Program-made: the position numbers and the translations under genes
Part shown: positions 46,134-62,670 of the stretch, piece after piece
Layout of the letters: every line of letters begins with the position of its first letter
How positions within the stretch are numbered: the first letter of the stretch is position 1
From: the human T2T-CHM13v2.0 reference genome, Homo sapiens
DNA length: 64,000 bases
Assembly: GCF_009914755.1 (NCBI RefSeq)
Contig: NC_060930.1
Reading direction: 5' to 3' (one strand)
The notes under the pieces: generated by a model
What the model was told of the DNA's origin: nothing
The model's input: the letters and a program-made list of their open reading frames with translations, nothing else
The model's database searches: none

Positions 46134-46870
46134 TACAGCAGTTTTAGGTTTATAGAAAAATTGCTCAAAAAGTACAGAGAGTTCCCATATACTTCTTCTC
46201 TCTCCCACTCACACAGTTTCCCCTATTATTATTAACACCTTGCCTGTGTGATACTAACATCTTTAATGTGTGGTACATTTGTTATAATTGATGAGCCAAT
46301 ATTGATACGTTATTAACTAACGTTCATTAGGGCTCACTCTGTGTGTTATATAGTTCTATGGATTTTGACAAATGCCTCATGTCATATATCTACCATTATA
46401 GTATTAAATATCATACAAAATAATTTCACTGCCCAAAGAATGCCCTGTGCTCCATCTATTCACCTGTCTTCCCTCCCCGTTGAACCCATGGCAGGCACTG
46501 ATCTTCTTACCATCTCTATAGTTTTGCTTTTACTGAAATATCTAGTTGGAATCATATAGTATGGAGCCTTTCCATCCTGGCTTCTTTCACCTAACAATAT
46601 GCATTTAAGATTTCTCGAAGTCTTTTTATAGCTTTGATACTTTATTTCTTTTTATTCCTGGATAATAAGCCCATTGTATGAAGGACATCTTGGTCGCTTC
46701 CAAGTTTTGGCAGTTATGAATAGAGCTGCTATAAACATTTGTGTGCAAGTTTTGGTGCAGACATAAGCTCATTTGGGTAAATACCCAGGAGCATGATTAC
46801 TGAATCATATGGTAAGCGTATATTTAGCTTTGTAAGAAACTGCCAAACTGTCTTTTAAAGTAGACATATA

Positions 46871-47166
<296 letters not shown>

Positions 47167-47460
47167 GTGGACATATTATTTTGTACTCCCACCCAGCAAT
47201 GAATGAGAGTTCCTGTTGCTCCATATCCTCACTGTCATTTGGTGTTATGTTTTGGATTTTAGCCATTCAAATAGATATTTAGTGGTGTCTTATTGTAGTT
47301 TTAACTTGCATTTCCCTAAGTGACATTTGAATTCGATATTGAGTGAGTGTCTTTTCATATGCTTATTTGCCACCTGTACATCTTCTTTGGTGAGGTGTCT
47401 GTTCAGATCTTTTAAATTAGGTTGTTTTCTTATTGTTGAATTTTATGAGTTCTTGGTATA

Positions 47461-47685
47461 CAGTTTTTACTCAGTATCCGTGGGGGACTGGTTCCAGGAC
47501 TCTCCTGCATATACCAAAATCTGTGCATACCCAAGTTTCTCAGTCAGCCCCACAGAATCTGCACATATGAAATGGTGGCCCTCTGAATATGCAGGTTTTC
47601 CATCTGCAAATACGGTTTCGTTGAAAAAAATCTGCATGAAAGTGAATCCATACAGCTCAAATCTGTGTTGTTCAAGGGTCAGCTG
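47461..47685 (-). mobile_element. MER8-type Tigger MITE inside L1
   Basis: TA|cagt...gtgttgttcaagggtcagctg|TA. Confidence 0.85.
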
Positions 47686-47950
47686 TATTTTGGATATATA
47701 TCCTTTATCAGAAATGATTTTACAAAGATTTTCTCCCAGTCTGTGGCTTGTCTTTTCATTCTCTTAACTGTTTTTCACAGAGCAGAAGTTTTTAATTTTA
47801 GTAAGTCCAGCTTATCAGTGTTTTCATGGATCATGAAAGTCGGTGTTGTACCTAAATAGTCATCATCAATCTCAAGTTCACCTAGGTTTTCTCCTGTATT
47901 ATCTTCTAGAAGTTTTATAATTTTGCATTTTACATTAAGATCTATGATCT

Positions 47951-48256
<306 letters not shown>

Positions 48257-48739
48257 TTGATTTATTTTAAGTGAATTTTTATGAAAGGTATAAGGTCTGT
48301 GTCTAGATTCACTTTTTTTGCATGTGATTTCCAGTTGTTCCAGTACCAGTTGTTGCAAAGACCATCTTATCTCCACTGAATTGGCCTTTGCTCCTTTGTC
48401 AAAGATCAGTTGACTATATTTGTGTGGGTTGCTTTCTGGGCTCTCTATTCTGTTCCACTAATTTATTTGTTCACCCATCACACACTGTCTTCATCACTAT
48501 AGCTTTATACTGGCATACCTCATCTTTTATTGTGCATTGTAGACACTGAGTTTATTTTTACAAAGTGAAAGTTGTGGCAACTGTGCACTGATTATTAATT
48601 ATTGATTTAATTTCTTTAATAGATATAGACCTATTCAGATAATCTGTTCTTCCTTGGATGAAATTTGGTGGGATTGGCTTTCAATGATTGGTTCATTTCA
48701 TAGAGGTTGTCAAATTTATGAGCATATATTTGGCTATAA

Positions 48740-49488
<749 letters not shown>

Positions 49489-50011
49489 TTAATCTGGCTA
49501 GATGTTTATCAATTTCATTGATTTTTTAAAGAGAACCAACTTGGAAGTGGGGTTTTCGTTCATGTTATAGTTTATAACCATAATGTCTTGGTTTTGAGTC
49601 AGTCCCTAAATTTTCACCAGTAATTGCTGTACCTGCATATGCACAAAGGTGTAAGTATTAGGAGCTAATACAGAAATATCAATACAACTTTTTAGAGTCC
49701 ATAGACTTTCTAAGGCTTTCATTTTCAACAGAATAGTTTTATGAACCAACAGTTAGTTAAATCTAGCAGACCGTCAATTGAGGTAGGTGGTGAATAGGAA
49801 AGACTAGTATAGATTTAGCAGTCAGGCAGAAAGTGTTTGCATGCTGGCTTCTCATGCTAACTCTGTGTGCTTGCACAAGTGACTTCACCTTTCTGAGCAT
49901 GTTAAAGTTTGTAAAATGCAAATTCTTATTTTACTATTTGGTATGAAAAGTAGAGTTAATGTAAAATATTAGGTGTCTAGTATGATACTTAATATGATAC
50001 TTAATACGTAG

Positions 50012-50369
<358 letters not shown>

Positions 50370-50917
50370 TAGAATATCTATTAGACTCATTAAAGAATCT
50401 CTGAATTTTTTCATCCACCAGGCCATTAGGAGGTGATAGGACTTTCCTCTTGTTCTGTGATATATGAAGCTGTATTTCTTCCCATATAGAATTTTGACTG
50501 TTGCAAATGGCTGCCTCTTGTAAATTTAAAATCTGGAAAACAAAAAGCTGTTTATGGGAAAGCCCTCTGATTCTAGAACTGGTTGCCTTTATGCCCTCAG
50601 GGTCAAGTCTCGTACTCCTCAGTTGGGAGATGTTACACATAGCATCACATTGCCTTTTAGCCAGGTGTTTTTCTAGGTTCTTAGTCATCTCAAGTGAGTA
50701 CTTATTTTTAGAACTACTCTAAGGACAGGGTATTGGGTGCCTTTTGAGAAAACTAGAAAAAGAATTTGGCAAATATAGCAAATTTGGGAGGTTGATTAAA
50801 TACAGATCTCAGTAGAGGTCCTGAGACAGGCTCTGGGATTAAACTAAATTTAAACATATTACAATTAGAGAGACAAAGAAAGTGAGAAAAACCTGGACTT
50901 AGTTAAAATCGAAGTTT

Positions 50918-51028
50918 GTTTTTTTTTTTTACTTTAAGTTCTAGGGTACATGTGCACAACATGCAGGTTTGTTATATATGTATACATGTGCCATGTTGGT
51001 TTGCTGCACCCATTAACTCATCATTTAG
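50918..51028 (-). mobile_element. L1PA 3'-terminal fragment (~110 bp)
   Basis: actttaagttctagggtacatgtgcacaacatgcaggtttg...gctgcacccattaactc. Confidence 0.92.
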
Positions 51029-51999
51029 GTGTTTTTTTTTTTTTTAATGTTCCAAAGTAATGTGCTTTGTTCAGCCATTTTCAGTAATAGAAGTTGCAAC
51101 TAAGTGGCTACAGTGCTTATTACTAAATTATGTAGAAACAACCATTTAAAAATTAGTTTAAGCAGAAAAGCTTTAAGGCAGCAAAATTTGATCTGTATAA
51201 CCTGTAAGTATATATTTTCAGAAATAAAATGTTTCCTTCAAGGACTGAATATAACTTTTAGAAAAGAAATAATCTGCTTGGGGAAGCCACTTTGGCTACA
51301 TAGAACTAAAGCAGAGAGGAGGTGGCCAGTAAAAGGATTCTGAGAAGAGGGTAGCTCCTCATATCCTGGCTCTCTTGATTCAAAGTAAATAATGGCATTT
51401 GAGTAAGAAGTCTTTGCCATGAACTAAGTGCCAGGCAGGTCTGAGTTTAGCCCCAGTTGAGGGGTTACTTGCTGTTCATCAGTCCCCTCAAAGTGCTCTA
51501 GCTTCCTTTGCAAAAACCCTGTAAACATAACCTCACCCCCATTCCTTTCATCTAACCTCAAGCGTACCAAAAACCATTCCTCACACCCAGATTTAGAGAC
51601 TTACCCAATAGGAAAATGATTCTGAGCTGTGAAAAGTAAACAAAACAATTGTTTTGTTTATCTGTCCACTGGACTGAATGTTCACGGATCTTGGTAGGTC
51701 ACTTCATAAAGAGAAGTAAGGGAAGAAAGGCAGGGAAGATGATCAGAGAAGAGCTGAGGACAAGTGTCATCCGAGGAAGTCAAGAGGATTCATCCCGGGC
51801 ATGGTGTAGTGATAAGAACATTTCACTGGGAGACAGGAGGCCTTGGTTCCAATCTGGCTCAGCCATTTACTGTCCTTTCTCCTGACTGTGTCTGTTTCCT
51901 CATCCGTAAAGGTTTTGGACAAGATGGTTTTAGGCATGGGGTTAGTGAGATGAATAAGACAAGGATGTTTCTGATAAAGGAAACAAGCTTGTTGTAAAC

Positions 52000-52520
52000 A
52001 AAGAAAATGTAGTATTGTAAATGCTTTAAGTAGGAGTCTATAAAGAAGAGCTGTGGATATAGTTAACTCAGTGGGGCTTTGAAGAATGCTTGAGATTTCA
52101 CAAAGATTAAGATGGGGGAAAGCAGAGAGAACAGCCTGTACCAAGAGATGGATGGTGCATAGCTGACACCCAAGGTATGTATAAGAGTAGGGAGGGTGAT
52201 GGAGCCAGAAGGGTACCTGGGGTTAGATGTGGAGGTCCTTACTGCATGTCAGGCTAAGAAGTTTTTCCCATTGGTAAGAGAGAGCTCTGAAGCTCTTAAG
52301 TAGAAGGAAAACCTGATTAGTTAGCATTTAAAAAGTAGGATAGTGACAGCATCATAGAGAATGTTTTTTGGTTTTTCTCCATGGAGGAAGAGACTTGAGG
52401 CAGTCAAGCTCATTTTGGAGGTTATTTCAAGAGTAAGGCAGTGACTTTGGAAATAGGAAGGGACAAATTTATGAGCTGTTCTAGGATATAAAATAAATAT
52501 CTGGGATTTAGTGACCCTCA
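52000..52520 (-). mobile_element. L2 LINE fragment (degraded)
   Basis: Purine-rich antisense L2-like sequence. Confidence 0.5.
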
Positions 52521-52929
52521 AATTGACTCATTGACTTCCCCTAACCTCAGCCATGGCTGGGTTAGGTAGGAGTACATAACTGTTAGGTACAATTCGTACA
52601 ATGTCTTCTAAAGTCCACTCGCCTTTGAAATCACTGAGCCATTTGGTTCCTTCCCCTGGGGATGGGTACTGAAGTTGTGTGAGCAAGCTTGTTCTTAGCC
52701 TCTTTAATTGAAGAGCTCCATTCAGAAGCAGTGGGGAGTAATTGATGTTCATCCTCTAGAGGCTGAAAAAATCAAGGACCACAGGAAGCTTTTTATAAAG
52801 GAGGCCAAACCCAGAAATAAATTTTCTCCAGAACTCCTTCTTAAAAGGATTCTTAAATCTCATAACCAGAACGCTTTCTCTCTCTGGACTAGATCTGGCT
52901 TCACTTTTAAAAAGTGTTTGTGTGTATGT

Positions 52930-53837
52930 TGTTAAAGAAAAAATTACTTCTGACACTTCTTAAAATGGTTCAGTCCTTGAATCCAGGAGCTTGAGGTTAC
53001 AGTGAGCTATGATTATGCTACTGCACCCTAACGTGGGTGACAGTGAGACCCTGTCTCTTAAAACAAACAAAAAAGGTAAGGAAGAGGTTTTTCTTTTCTC
53101 TCTTTTTTTTTTTTTTTTTTTTTTTGGGACGGAGTCTTGCTCTGTCGCCCAGGCTGGAGTACAGTGGCGCGATCTTGGCTTACTGGAACCTCCGTCTCCC
53201 TGGTTCAAGTGATTCTCCTGCCTCAGCCTCCCTCAGGTAGCTGGGATTACGGGCACCCGCCACCACGCCCAGCTAATTTTTGTATTTTTAGTAGAGACGG
53301 GGTTTCACCATGTTGGCCGGGCTGGTCTTGAACTCCTGACCTTAGGTGATCTGCCCACCTCAGTCTCCCAAAGTGTTGGGATTACAGGTGTGAGCCACCG
53401 CGCCCGGCCAGGAAGACGTTTTTCAAGACTATTACAATAAGAGAGAGAGAGATCCGGCTTAACTCCAAATATGACAAGGGCAAGTGGGGATTGATAGCCA
53501 AGGAGCAAGGTGAAGGGGTCAGTGGGTAGAAAGCGACTTAAAGGAAACATCAAGGCTAGGGGGATTCTGGCTAAACTGACCTGACAGGATTCTTGCTGAA
53601 GGCAGGCCAAAGACTTAGACATCAACAGTGGAGGATGAGGAACTTGATCAGATAGCAAGGATGGGGGTGGGTGGTGGGTGAGGCTGGTTGTGGGGACTCA
53701 AACTTACTTAGCAGGATTCTTGCTAAAACCGGGCTGGGCAGGTGAAAGATAGAAGGTGAGGTGGCATGGAGGCAAGGTCAGGCCCTAGAGGGCTTTGAGG
53801 AGCCTGACTGAAGTTTGGTCAAGCAGAGTCTTTGCCA
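52930..53837 (-). mobile_element. Solo LTR, MER31-like (ERV1), interrupted by an Alu fragment (52976-53074, +) and AluSx (53103-53409, -)
   Basis: TG...CA ends: tgttaaagaaaaaatt (52930) and gaggagcctgactgaagtttggtcaagcagagtctttgcca (53837); AluSx TSD aggaagaSgttttt. Confidence 0.75.
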
Positions 53838-54944
53838 GTGTGTGTTTTATTACAAAAGTAATATATGCCTCACCTCCAGAACTAATTTGTCTTCAAAGCT
53901 TGGTATGTAGCCTTCCATATGTTTGTATAAGCTTAGAAAAATACTCTGTTCCTACAGAAATGAGATCATACTGTACTTACTGTTATGCAGCTGCATTTTC
54001 CACGTCGTAGATCTTCATTGTGTTTCATGTCAGCACACTAGACACTGGTCTCAGTCTTTAGAATGCCTTGCCTCGTTTTATAGATTATTTACGAAAATTG
54101 TAAACTGGAAGTAATTCATATTTTATATTTTAAATTATTTATGTTCATTACTTTAAATTATATTATAAATTATATTTATATTTTAAATTCCAGTTTATAA
54201 CTTTTTTACATACATTATCCCATTTGTTGCATAAAATGATCCTCTAGGGGTGGGGATAGGGCAGGTAATATGTCCATTTTACATAGAGGTTACATGATTT
54301 ATTAGACTTTGCAGCTAATATGTGTCAAGTCCAGGATTCACACGTGTCAGTTGCATGTGTGAAAACAATTTTAGATCTTTGACATTCAGCTTACATATAA
54401 ACCACATGTGGAATACTGTTTTTGTCTGTGGTGCTTTGGGACTTTTAGGAAATATATGTGGTGTATATAGGACCTAGACTCTGATAATAAATTTCATTTG
54501 AGACATTTATCCCTTTTAAGTGTATTATTAATTTCTGTATTGAAAATTCTTGTCATTTTAATGTCCCCAAAATGACAAAATAATCATCTTAAATAATAAG
54601 ATTAAATGAATTCAGTCAGTTTGTAGCAATACTTTCAATACTTACCTTAAGTAACAGACTTTGTCAGCTAATTGGATTTCTGGAAATGTTAATGGAAGTC
54701 TCTCAGTTAACTACCTCTACTCATGTCCCTCTGGGACTCATTTCCTCCCTAGAACATCACGCCTCTCTTTCTCAGTATTCTTTATTGGTTTCCTGGGACC
54801 CTGGAGGGAAAGAAAAGGCAAGACAGGATGAATGAGGAGTGGGGAATGTGAGGCGGGGCGGAAATGAAAGAATATGAGCTGTGGAGAATTCACCTTATTC
54901 AGGAATGAGAAAAACAGCAAGGAAAAAAGCCATTTCTCAGGAAG

Positions 54945-55155
54945 CTATATGGCATGGTGGTGAAGATTTTGAGTTAAACCCAATGTCACCCTTTCTAGCT
55001 CTGCGACCCTGGGTAAGTTATTTCCGTCCATGCTTGTCAATTTCCTAGGGTTTCCTTACAGAGTTCTTATGAGAAGGAAATAGTGGGTTATCTAATCCAC
55101 TTAAAGTATACTTGGCCCATAGTAAACATTTAATCGATGTTAGCTGTTATTTCTA
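54945..55155 (+). mobile_element. MIR SINE
   Basis: 'ctagctctgcgaccctgggtaagttattt...ggcccatagtaaacatttaatcgatgttagctgttatt'. Confidence 0.7.
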
Positions 55156-55564
55156 AGCTTTTTAGATGCAAAGTTCCAAGAAAGGAGTCTGAAAGTCTGG
55201 ATCCAGTAAAATGACCATATAATGTATTGTTCAGGCCAGGATGCTGTTAATAATTGTGGGACAACAAATATAAGCCAGTATTTGTGATTTCCCTAATGGG
55301 GGAGGCATCTGTGCCCCCAAAACTCTGACTGATTAAGGCAACTTTCCTTCCTACCACAGCCTAATTAAGCTAAGCCTCTGGACTTTGACAAGCCAGGGAG
55401 CAAATCATTCTTAAAAACTCTTTGACAGATAGACAAATACACACTCACTCACTCACTAAATCACAAAAGAAACTTTGCTTTTTCTTTCTAGGTAACATGT
55501 CTTAAAGTGATATGAGTCTGTACAAATTTTACTAAATATTTGTGCAGTATTGTTTACCCAATAA

Positions 55565-55891
<327 letters not shown>

Positions 55892-55989
55892 TAAGTTCTT
55901 ATAAGTAGTTTCTGCCACTTAAAAACAATAATTTTGACACATCTTAAATAGTTAGGTCTCCTCATGCCTTTAGGTGTAGATTTTTCTTA

Positions 55990-56700
55990 CCTGTTGAGTT
56001 CTCAGTATGTGCCATATGCAGTGCTTAATTGGTGGTGAGGATATAATGGCAAACAAAACATATTTGAATCTGCCCCTGAGTTGCTTGTGGTCCAGTGAGA
56101 AAGGCAATCAAGTAATGAAAAATGCAGAGCTCTAAACTGAGATTGTTTTAATGAAGGCAAAGTACAAGGAGTTCTACAGGAAGTTCTTGAAGAGCCTGAC
56201 CCGGCCTGGGAAGGTGAGGAAGAAGTTCCCTGAGGAGAGTTTTGCTCAACACTGAATATCAATTAAAAAGGCAAGATGGGATGGGGGTCTGGGAAAGAGG
56301 CAGAAAGGAGCTTGGTCTTCTAGGAAAGAAGGTTCTGTATGTGGAATGCAGAAAACTGGGAAATGTCTGTTTTTTAAAAAATCAACCAGGCTCCACTGTG
56401 ATCCCACACTCTTCCCACTGTTTGCAATGCCCTTGCTTCCCTTTTTCTTGCTAATGGCATTCCATTCATCCATCATCACTTTACAGTATAATTTTTTGTT
56501 TTCATGTCTCTGACATCCTTTAGGACAGGGACTTGGTCTTATTTACTCATTGTAAGATGTTTAGAATAGCACAGCAACCTTTCTTCTTCTTTTTCCCTCT
56601 CCCCATAGTGCCAGGTACTTACTGTGTGCTTGCTACTTGGGAAGGGGGCACAAGACAGGCACAGTGCCTGTTGTCATGGAGCATGCACTGTAATGATTGT
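55990..56700. mobile_element. L2 fragments in both orientations
   Basis: 'tgttgagttctcagtatgtgcca...', 'ccttTaggacagggacttggtcttattt', 'cagtgcctgttgtcatggagc'. Confidence 0.55.
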
Positions 56701-58002
56701 TTTGCTCATTGAGTAAATACGCTGAATGACTCACCCTTAGAATCAGAATTGTGGACTCTGGAGGCCATTTTCATAGAGTTTCAGCAGTTCTGTGCCTTCT
56801 TTACAGTTGTGCAACAGAAACAATCAATGCTCAAGGGTTAAGAAGCCACTAATAAAGTAAGTTGAATTAAATAAGATAAAGGCCCCCCAAATAATAGTGA
56901 AGGCACTGGAGATATAAGGCTTGTTAAAAATATAATGTATATGTTAATCCTCATGAATACATCCTAATTACAGCAGAGAACTCTTGTAGTGTTGTCCACT
57001 TTGTGGTGGTGTGTTTCTCAGGCTGTCCTGTCCGTGTTCATATTGGAATGACAATTTCACACTGTACTCATTCATGTGCTGTTCACTATCCACCTTTCTG
57101 TTATGGGGATTGAGAGGGAGCCGGTGTCTCACTTGCCCAGTATAGCAATAACTTAAAATAATAATCCTTAGAGCAAATGTACAAGGAGGTTTCAAACAAT
57201 TCGTCATTGCTCTTGGGAAACCTATGGATTTGTGCGTGCGTGTGTGTGTGTGGTATTGTGTGTGTGCATTCACATTGCGGACAAGAAACAGAAGGGGTTA
57301 GAACAGAATAGCAAGAAGAGCAACATTGGATATAACTGCTATGTTTATCCTGAAGATAACTGTCCTTGGCAGGATAGAAGAAGGAACTCCTTGCTGGCTT
57401 TGTGGAACAAGGAGGCCATCCTTCCAAGTTTCTCGTGTGACTTGTGTCACGTGTGCAATTAAAATGGAGTGTCACCTTTCTTGCTTGTGTCTCTCTTAAG
57501 AGGGAGTAAATTTTTCCAAGTCACTGCTTTGCAGAACATGCTCAAACACAAAACCACAAGGTTCCCAGAATTATAGATTTCATAGTTGACAAGGTCCTGC
57601 CCACCTGTCACGTAGCGTCAGCATCCTTTGTGCATCAGTCCCACTGGAAGGCCGTTTGTGCACACCTGATTCCCTTCCTGGGAAAGCAGCCATTTCCAGT
57701 TCTTAGTGCTTTCTTCTTCTGGTGTTTCCTCCATATTACTGATTGTTAGGCTTATGCTGTTGTTTCTTTATTTTAAAATTTTAAACATCCTCTATTAGTC
57801 ACTGTTAGCCTTCTTACACTCTCTGTCCACTGCCTCCCCCTTCATCCTTCAAGTATATCACAGCTTTTAGTTACATCAGTATTAAATGCTTATGTTTATG
57901 TTATTATGACTATTAGTATTATTTACCTGCTGAACCACTTACACTATAATTCTATTTTTTTCTTGTACAATTAATTAATTTTCTTCCTGTTGATTTTTCT
58001 GA

Positions 58003-58368
<366 letters not shown>

Positions 58369-58399
58369 TAATTTTTAAGTATTCTTTTTTTACATCCTA

Positions 58400-60110
58400 G
58401 GCAGATACATCAGTTGATCATGTTGGTTTCGTTTCCTTCTGCAGATGCCCCCCTGGATTCCCAGCATTCTCCAGATATGGTCTCTAGGCCTGCTGTGTAG
58501 CTGATTCCCTTCACCCCGTTTCCTGGATACCCATCTTCCTCTTTCTCGGTTTGCTCATTTGTTTGGTAGAGCACATCCTCCAGTCATTTCCTGATAAAAG
58601 AGTGTGTGGGAGGTAAAGTTTGAGACCCTGCATGTCTAAAAATATCCATTCTCTTTTTATACTTGACTGATTGGAAGTCATTTCACCTCAGAATTTTGAA
58701 AGCATTTCTCCTTTGTCTTATGGCTTTCAGAGGTGCTATTGAAAATTCTGGTGGCGCTTAATTCTTTGTATGCAAGCTGTTTTTTTACTCTCAAACTGTG
58801 TTCTCTTTATCCCATTTATTATAAAATTTCACAATATGACTTTTAAAAAATTCTTATTCATTATACTGAGCACAGGATGGACTCATAAGCGGAAGTTCAA
58901 GGAAAATTTCTTAAATTATTTCTTTGATGATCTTTTTTTCTCTCTTCTCTGGAACTCTTGGTCCTCGAATTTTATCTTTCCTATTTCCAACCTCTATCTT
59001 TGGTTCCACTTTCTGAGAAGTTTATTCTACTTTATCTTCTGGATCATTATTTATATTTTTATTTATATTATTATTTTTAATTTCCAAGAACTTTTCACTG
59101 ATCCTGGTTTTTGTTTTTTGTTGTTTGCTTTTTTTGTTTTTTAATCCTGTTCTTCTGTGATAATAGGTTTTCATTTTTGAGGTTTTATTTGGCTCCTTGT
59201 CTCATATCTTTGAGTCATTTTTTTCTGTTTTTTTGGGTTTTTTTTGTGTGTGCTCTGTCTTTTCATGTTAAAGTCTTTTCCTCAAATGTCTGGCAATCCT
59301 TGGTTGTCACTTGTATTAAAGCGTGAGACACTAAAAAGCTGATTGGATGTTCTGTATAGAGGTGGGAAGAGATTGTCAAGGATAGGCTTTATATTAATAT
59401 TATATAGGGTTATGGGATAGGAGCCCCTCCTGTTTTATTGGGAAATCCCCGAAAGCCATCATCTGTTGAACTTTTCTGTGGTATCATTTATTTTCTCCAA
59501 GAAAGAATCCCTCAACTTTTCTGTGTAGGGATGGGAGTGGAGCTCCCATTCCAGCATTATGGAAGCCAAGTGGATTAGGGGGTGCTGGGATCTCATCATT
59601 CAAGATAGAGACTTTCATTCAGGGCCTCTGATTTCAGTACAGTTCCTTCCCCTACCTTCTACTGTTCCTAATATTCCTGCGTCTAGATCCAAGCTGGTTC
59701 TTACAGAATAAATCAACCCTCTCCTGTGCAGGTAGAGGAGTAATAGTCCCTGGCTGTCCTGGATGTGACAGCAGACCTGGTGGTCTAACACCTCTTTATA
59801 CAGAATTTGTATTAAGTCCCAGTTTTCAGCCCCTCCCCGTCCCTGGCCTCCTCTGCCACCTGGTGCCCCTAATCCCTGAGCCTTCCCAAGGGTGCCTCTG
59901 TGAATTGGCATCGCCTTCACAGGCTGCAGAGATTCACTTTTTTCTCAGCTCTACTAACTTACCTACTTTTTATCTTTCAAAAAGGATCAACATTTTATGT
60001 TCAGTTATCTTCTCCTGTTCCTTTTGCCTTTTTGTTTGTTTTTACTCTGTTTTTAATGGGGTTCAGGAGAGAGCAGAAATAAAAGTACATGCTCAGTTTG
60101 TTAACTGAAC
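58400..60110 (-). mobile_element. Ancient L1/HAL1-like fragments
   Basis: 'gggaggtaaagtttgagaccctgcatgtctaaaaatatc...ctcagaattttgaaagcatt' resembles antisense old-L1 ORF1; very degraded. Confidence 0.55.
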
Positions 60111-60679
60111 TCTTTTGGCACTGTTGTGGGGCTTCTGTGTCTGACTGTTTCATGTCTGTGTTTTGTCTTCCCTTGAAGATTACAAGCTTCTCTGACAGTG
60201 GGGATGGTTTCATAGACTCCTTGTATCTCTCCTTTTACCCTCAACTGTTAAGTATGTAGAAAGCATTTTAGGAAGGATGTGTCAAATTCATTTGAGTAAG
60301 ATGAAATCTTTTCTAAATTAGACTGATTTGAGAGAGTGTTTCCTTGTGTTGGAAAACTGCCAGCCTTTCCTGAGGTTCAGAGATAAATCTCACTTTGCAA
60401 CAATAACCAAAAGAAGAAAACATTGAAAGCCTTTGGCAGAAAAAGGCTGATGAGACAAAACTCCTGTTTAGACCTTATGATTTAATGAAGAATTGTTGGA
60501 GAGCTGCCTAGGACCTCTCTTCCCCCTCAAGTTTATTGCTCCCTCTTTACAGGGTCTGTGATCCAGAAGGCCTTTATCTGACTTGATGCTTTGAGTCGTT
60601 GACCTCCTGAGAACTAATGCAGGAGGAGACCCACAGAGATGCACGCTGTTTTCTCTAAACATTCAGTGTCAAGGGACTG

Positions 60680-60900
60680 GAGAAACTGGAAGGAACATGC
60701 ACTAGAGTCAGATGTGGAATTTTGTTTCCGTTCTCATGTAATCAACTATATGACAATCAGCAAGCCATTTGAACTTCAGTTTTCTTACCTGTAAAATGGA
60801 AATACCGGTATCTGTTTTCCTTCTTGATAGTATGCTTGTAAGAGTCAAGTATGGGTACCATGCATGCAAATGCATGTAAACATTTAGACATTGTCATTTC
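60680..60900 (+). mobile_element. MIR SINE
   Basis: 'caagccatttgaacttcagttttcttacctgtaaaatggaaata'. Confidence 0.7.
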
Positions 60901-60979
60901 AAGTTATTTGGTGTGTAACCATGGTACAAACAAGGATGGGCTTTATATAACATAGGATTATGGGTTCCAGACCCTCATA

Positions 60980-61900
60980 TCGACCTACTGACCAGACATC
61001 TACATATGGGAGTCAAAATTCATTTCAGCCTCAACAAATTCAAAATAAAACTCCCTCCCGCTCCCTTCTCTTCTCCCCTACCTCACGTCACCACAGTCAC
61101 AAAACAAAGCAACCCTGGTTTTCCCCCAGAATTCTCACTACTCACTGAGTAGCCTGATTCAAACAGCCGCCAGTGCACCCCAACCTGCATTTGACAAGGT
61201 CCTGTCTTTTCTATTGAATCTATCCTTTTTTCTCTGTCCTCTTTACACTGCATGAAGGTGTTTACTTCATGCCTGAATTACTAACTTCACCTGGGCTCCC
61301 TGGATCTAGTCACACACTTCTCTTAGTGTATCATTTACACACCTGCTCAGCATAATGATGAAAAAAAATTCTGAAATATGTCAGGCCATCACAACAGTAT
61401 AGTGAATAACAAATGGACCATCTGAGTACCCGCCTCCCAGCTGTCAACAGAAGGATTTTTCTAAAACACCCATCTGATTATTCCCCGCTTGAATCTCTTC
61501 AGCGGCATACAGGACCCTTTCTGATTTGACTCTGCCGGCCTGTTCAACCTTGCATTCACCATCCTTCCACTTGTATGCTCCAGCCACTCGTAGTTACTTG
61601 CAGGTGTCCCACTTTGCTGAGACTACTCAGGGGACAGTGAATTTGGATGTTGCCTCTTCGTTTCTGCCTGGCTGCTTCCTTCTAAACTTTAAGGCTCAAC
61701 TTAAGTATCTCCTCTTCTGTAAAACCTCTCTGTTCCTATTTCCCTTAAGCCAGTTTGTGTACTTCCTTCCCAGAATGTCACACACTGTACAGTATTGTCA
61801 TTTGTTTACTGGTCTGACTTCCTCACTGAACTCAAGGGTGGGGACTGTCCAGCGCTGTGGCATCAACATTGATTGGATTCAACTGGATTGGACACTTCTG
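60980..61900 (+). mobile_element. L2 LINE fragments
   Basis: 'ttctaaaacaccc atctgatta', 'tttaaggctcaacttaagtatctcctcttctgtaaaacct'. Confidence 0.6.
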
Positions 61901-62612
61901 GCCCATTGAGATGCCATTACTTGTCTGTGTAAAGTAAGCAATAAAGTAGCTGGGCTACCACATGAATCATGTTTACTGCCAGCTAAGGCCACTTAGGGTA
62001 TCATTCAGTCCAGAAATCTGACCTCACGCACATGAAAGTGGCCTGAGCACTTTGGTTCTAACTTATGGTTCTTCTGTCGCTGTGTTTTATGTACAGACAT
62101 CTCAGATGCAGTGTTCTTGTATGTCCCATCAAGAGATTGTTGCCATTCTTAATGGATATAAATGTAGTAGGTTTGTTATACTGCATAGAGACCATGTCAT
62201 ACTGGGGTAATGTTGGTTCAGGGTTGGCAAGAATCTGATCTGGTAAGAGGGAATGAGCAGATTGCTGAAAACTGAATGTTAGAAGTTGCACCCTGGTGGC
62301 CCTGGGCCAATTCCTTACATAGTGCTTGCTCTGTTCTTGGAAACATGAGGGATTTCCCTAAAGGACTTATAATATATGGTATGAATGAGCAGGATAAATA
62401 ATTCACTGTGGCTCAGGATCAGATAGGATAAATATTGTGGTGAAGATGCAGTGGATGATCTGGAATATCTGAGAAGGGTGAAATTAATAGCAGCCAGTGC
62501 AATCAGGAAAGATGTGGAGGATCAGGGGACATTTGAGTTGGGCCACTTTCTGTGCTTGACAGAATAAATATCCCATTTGTCTTGCTTTTGCGATTCTTAT
62601 TTGATTTCACAG

Positions 62613-62670
62613 AGACTTTAAGCAATTTTACCTCAAGTTTTCGCTTGAGTTTTGCTAGGTCTGAAGAGTG
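62613..62670 (+). other. Candidate short exon (58 nt, or 12-nt microexon 62659-62670)
   Basis: Acceptors ttgatttcacag| and ttttgctag|; consensus donor GTG|gtaagt. Confidence 0.25.

Noticed and set aside
47327-47767. Longest ORF (146 aa)
   Set aside because: Chance read-through of antisense L1 and MER8 sequence
53663-53695. Possible G-quadruplex in the LTR
   Set aside because: Needs a 13-nt loop; weak and common
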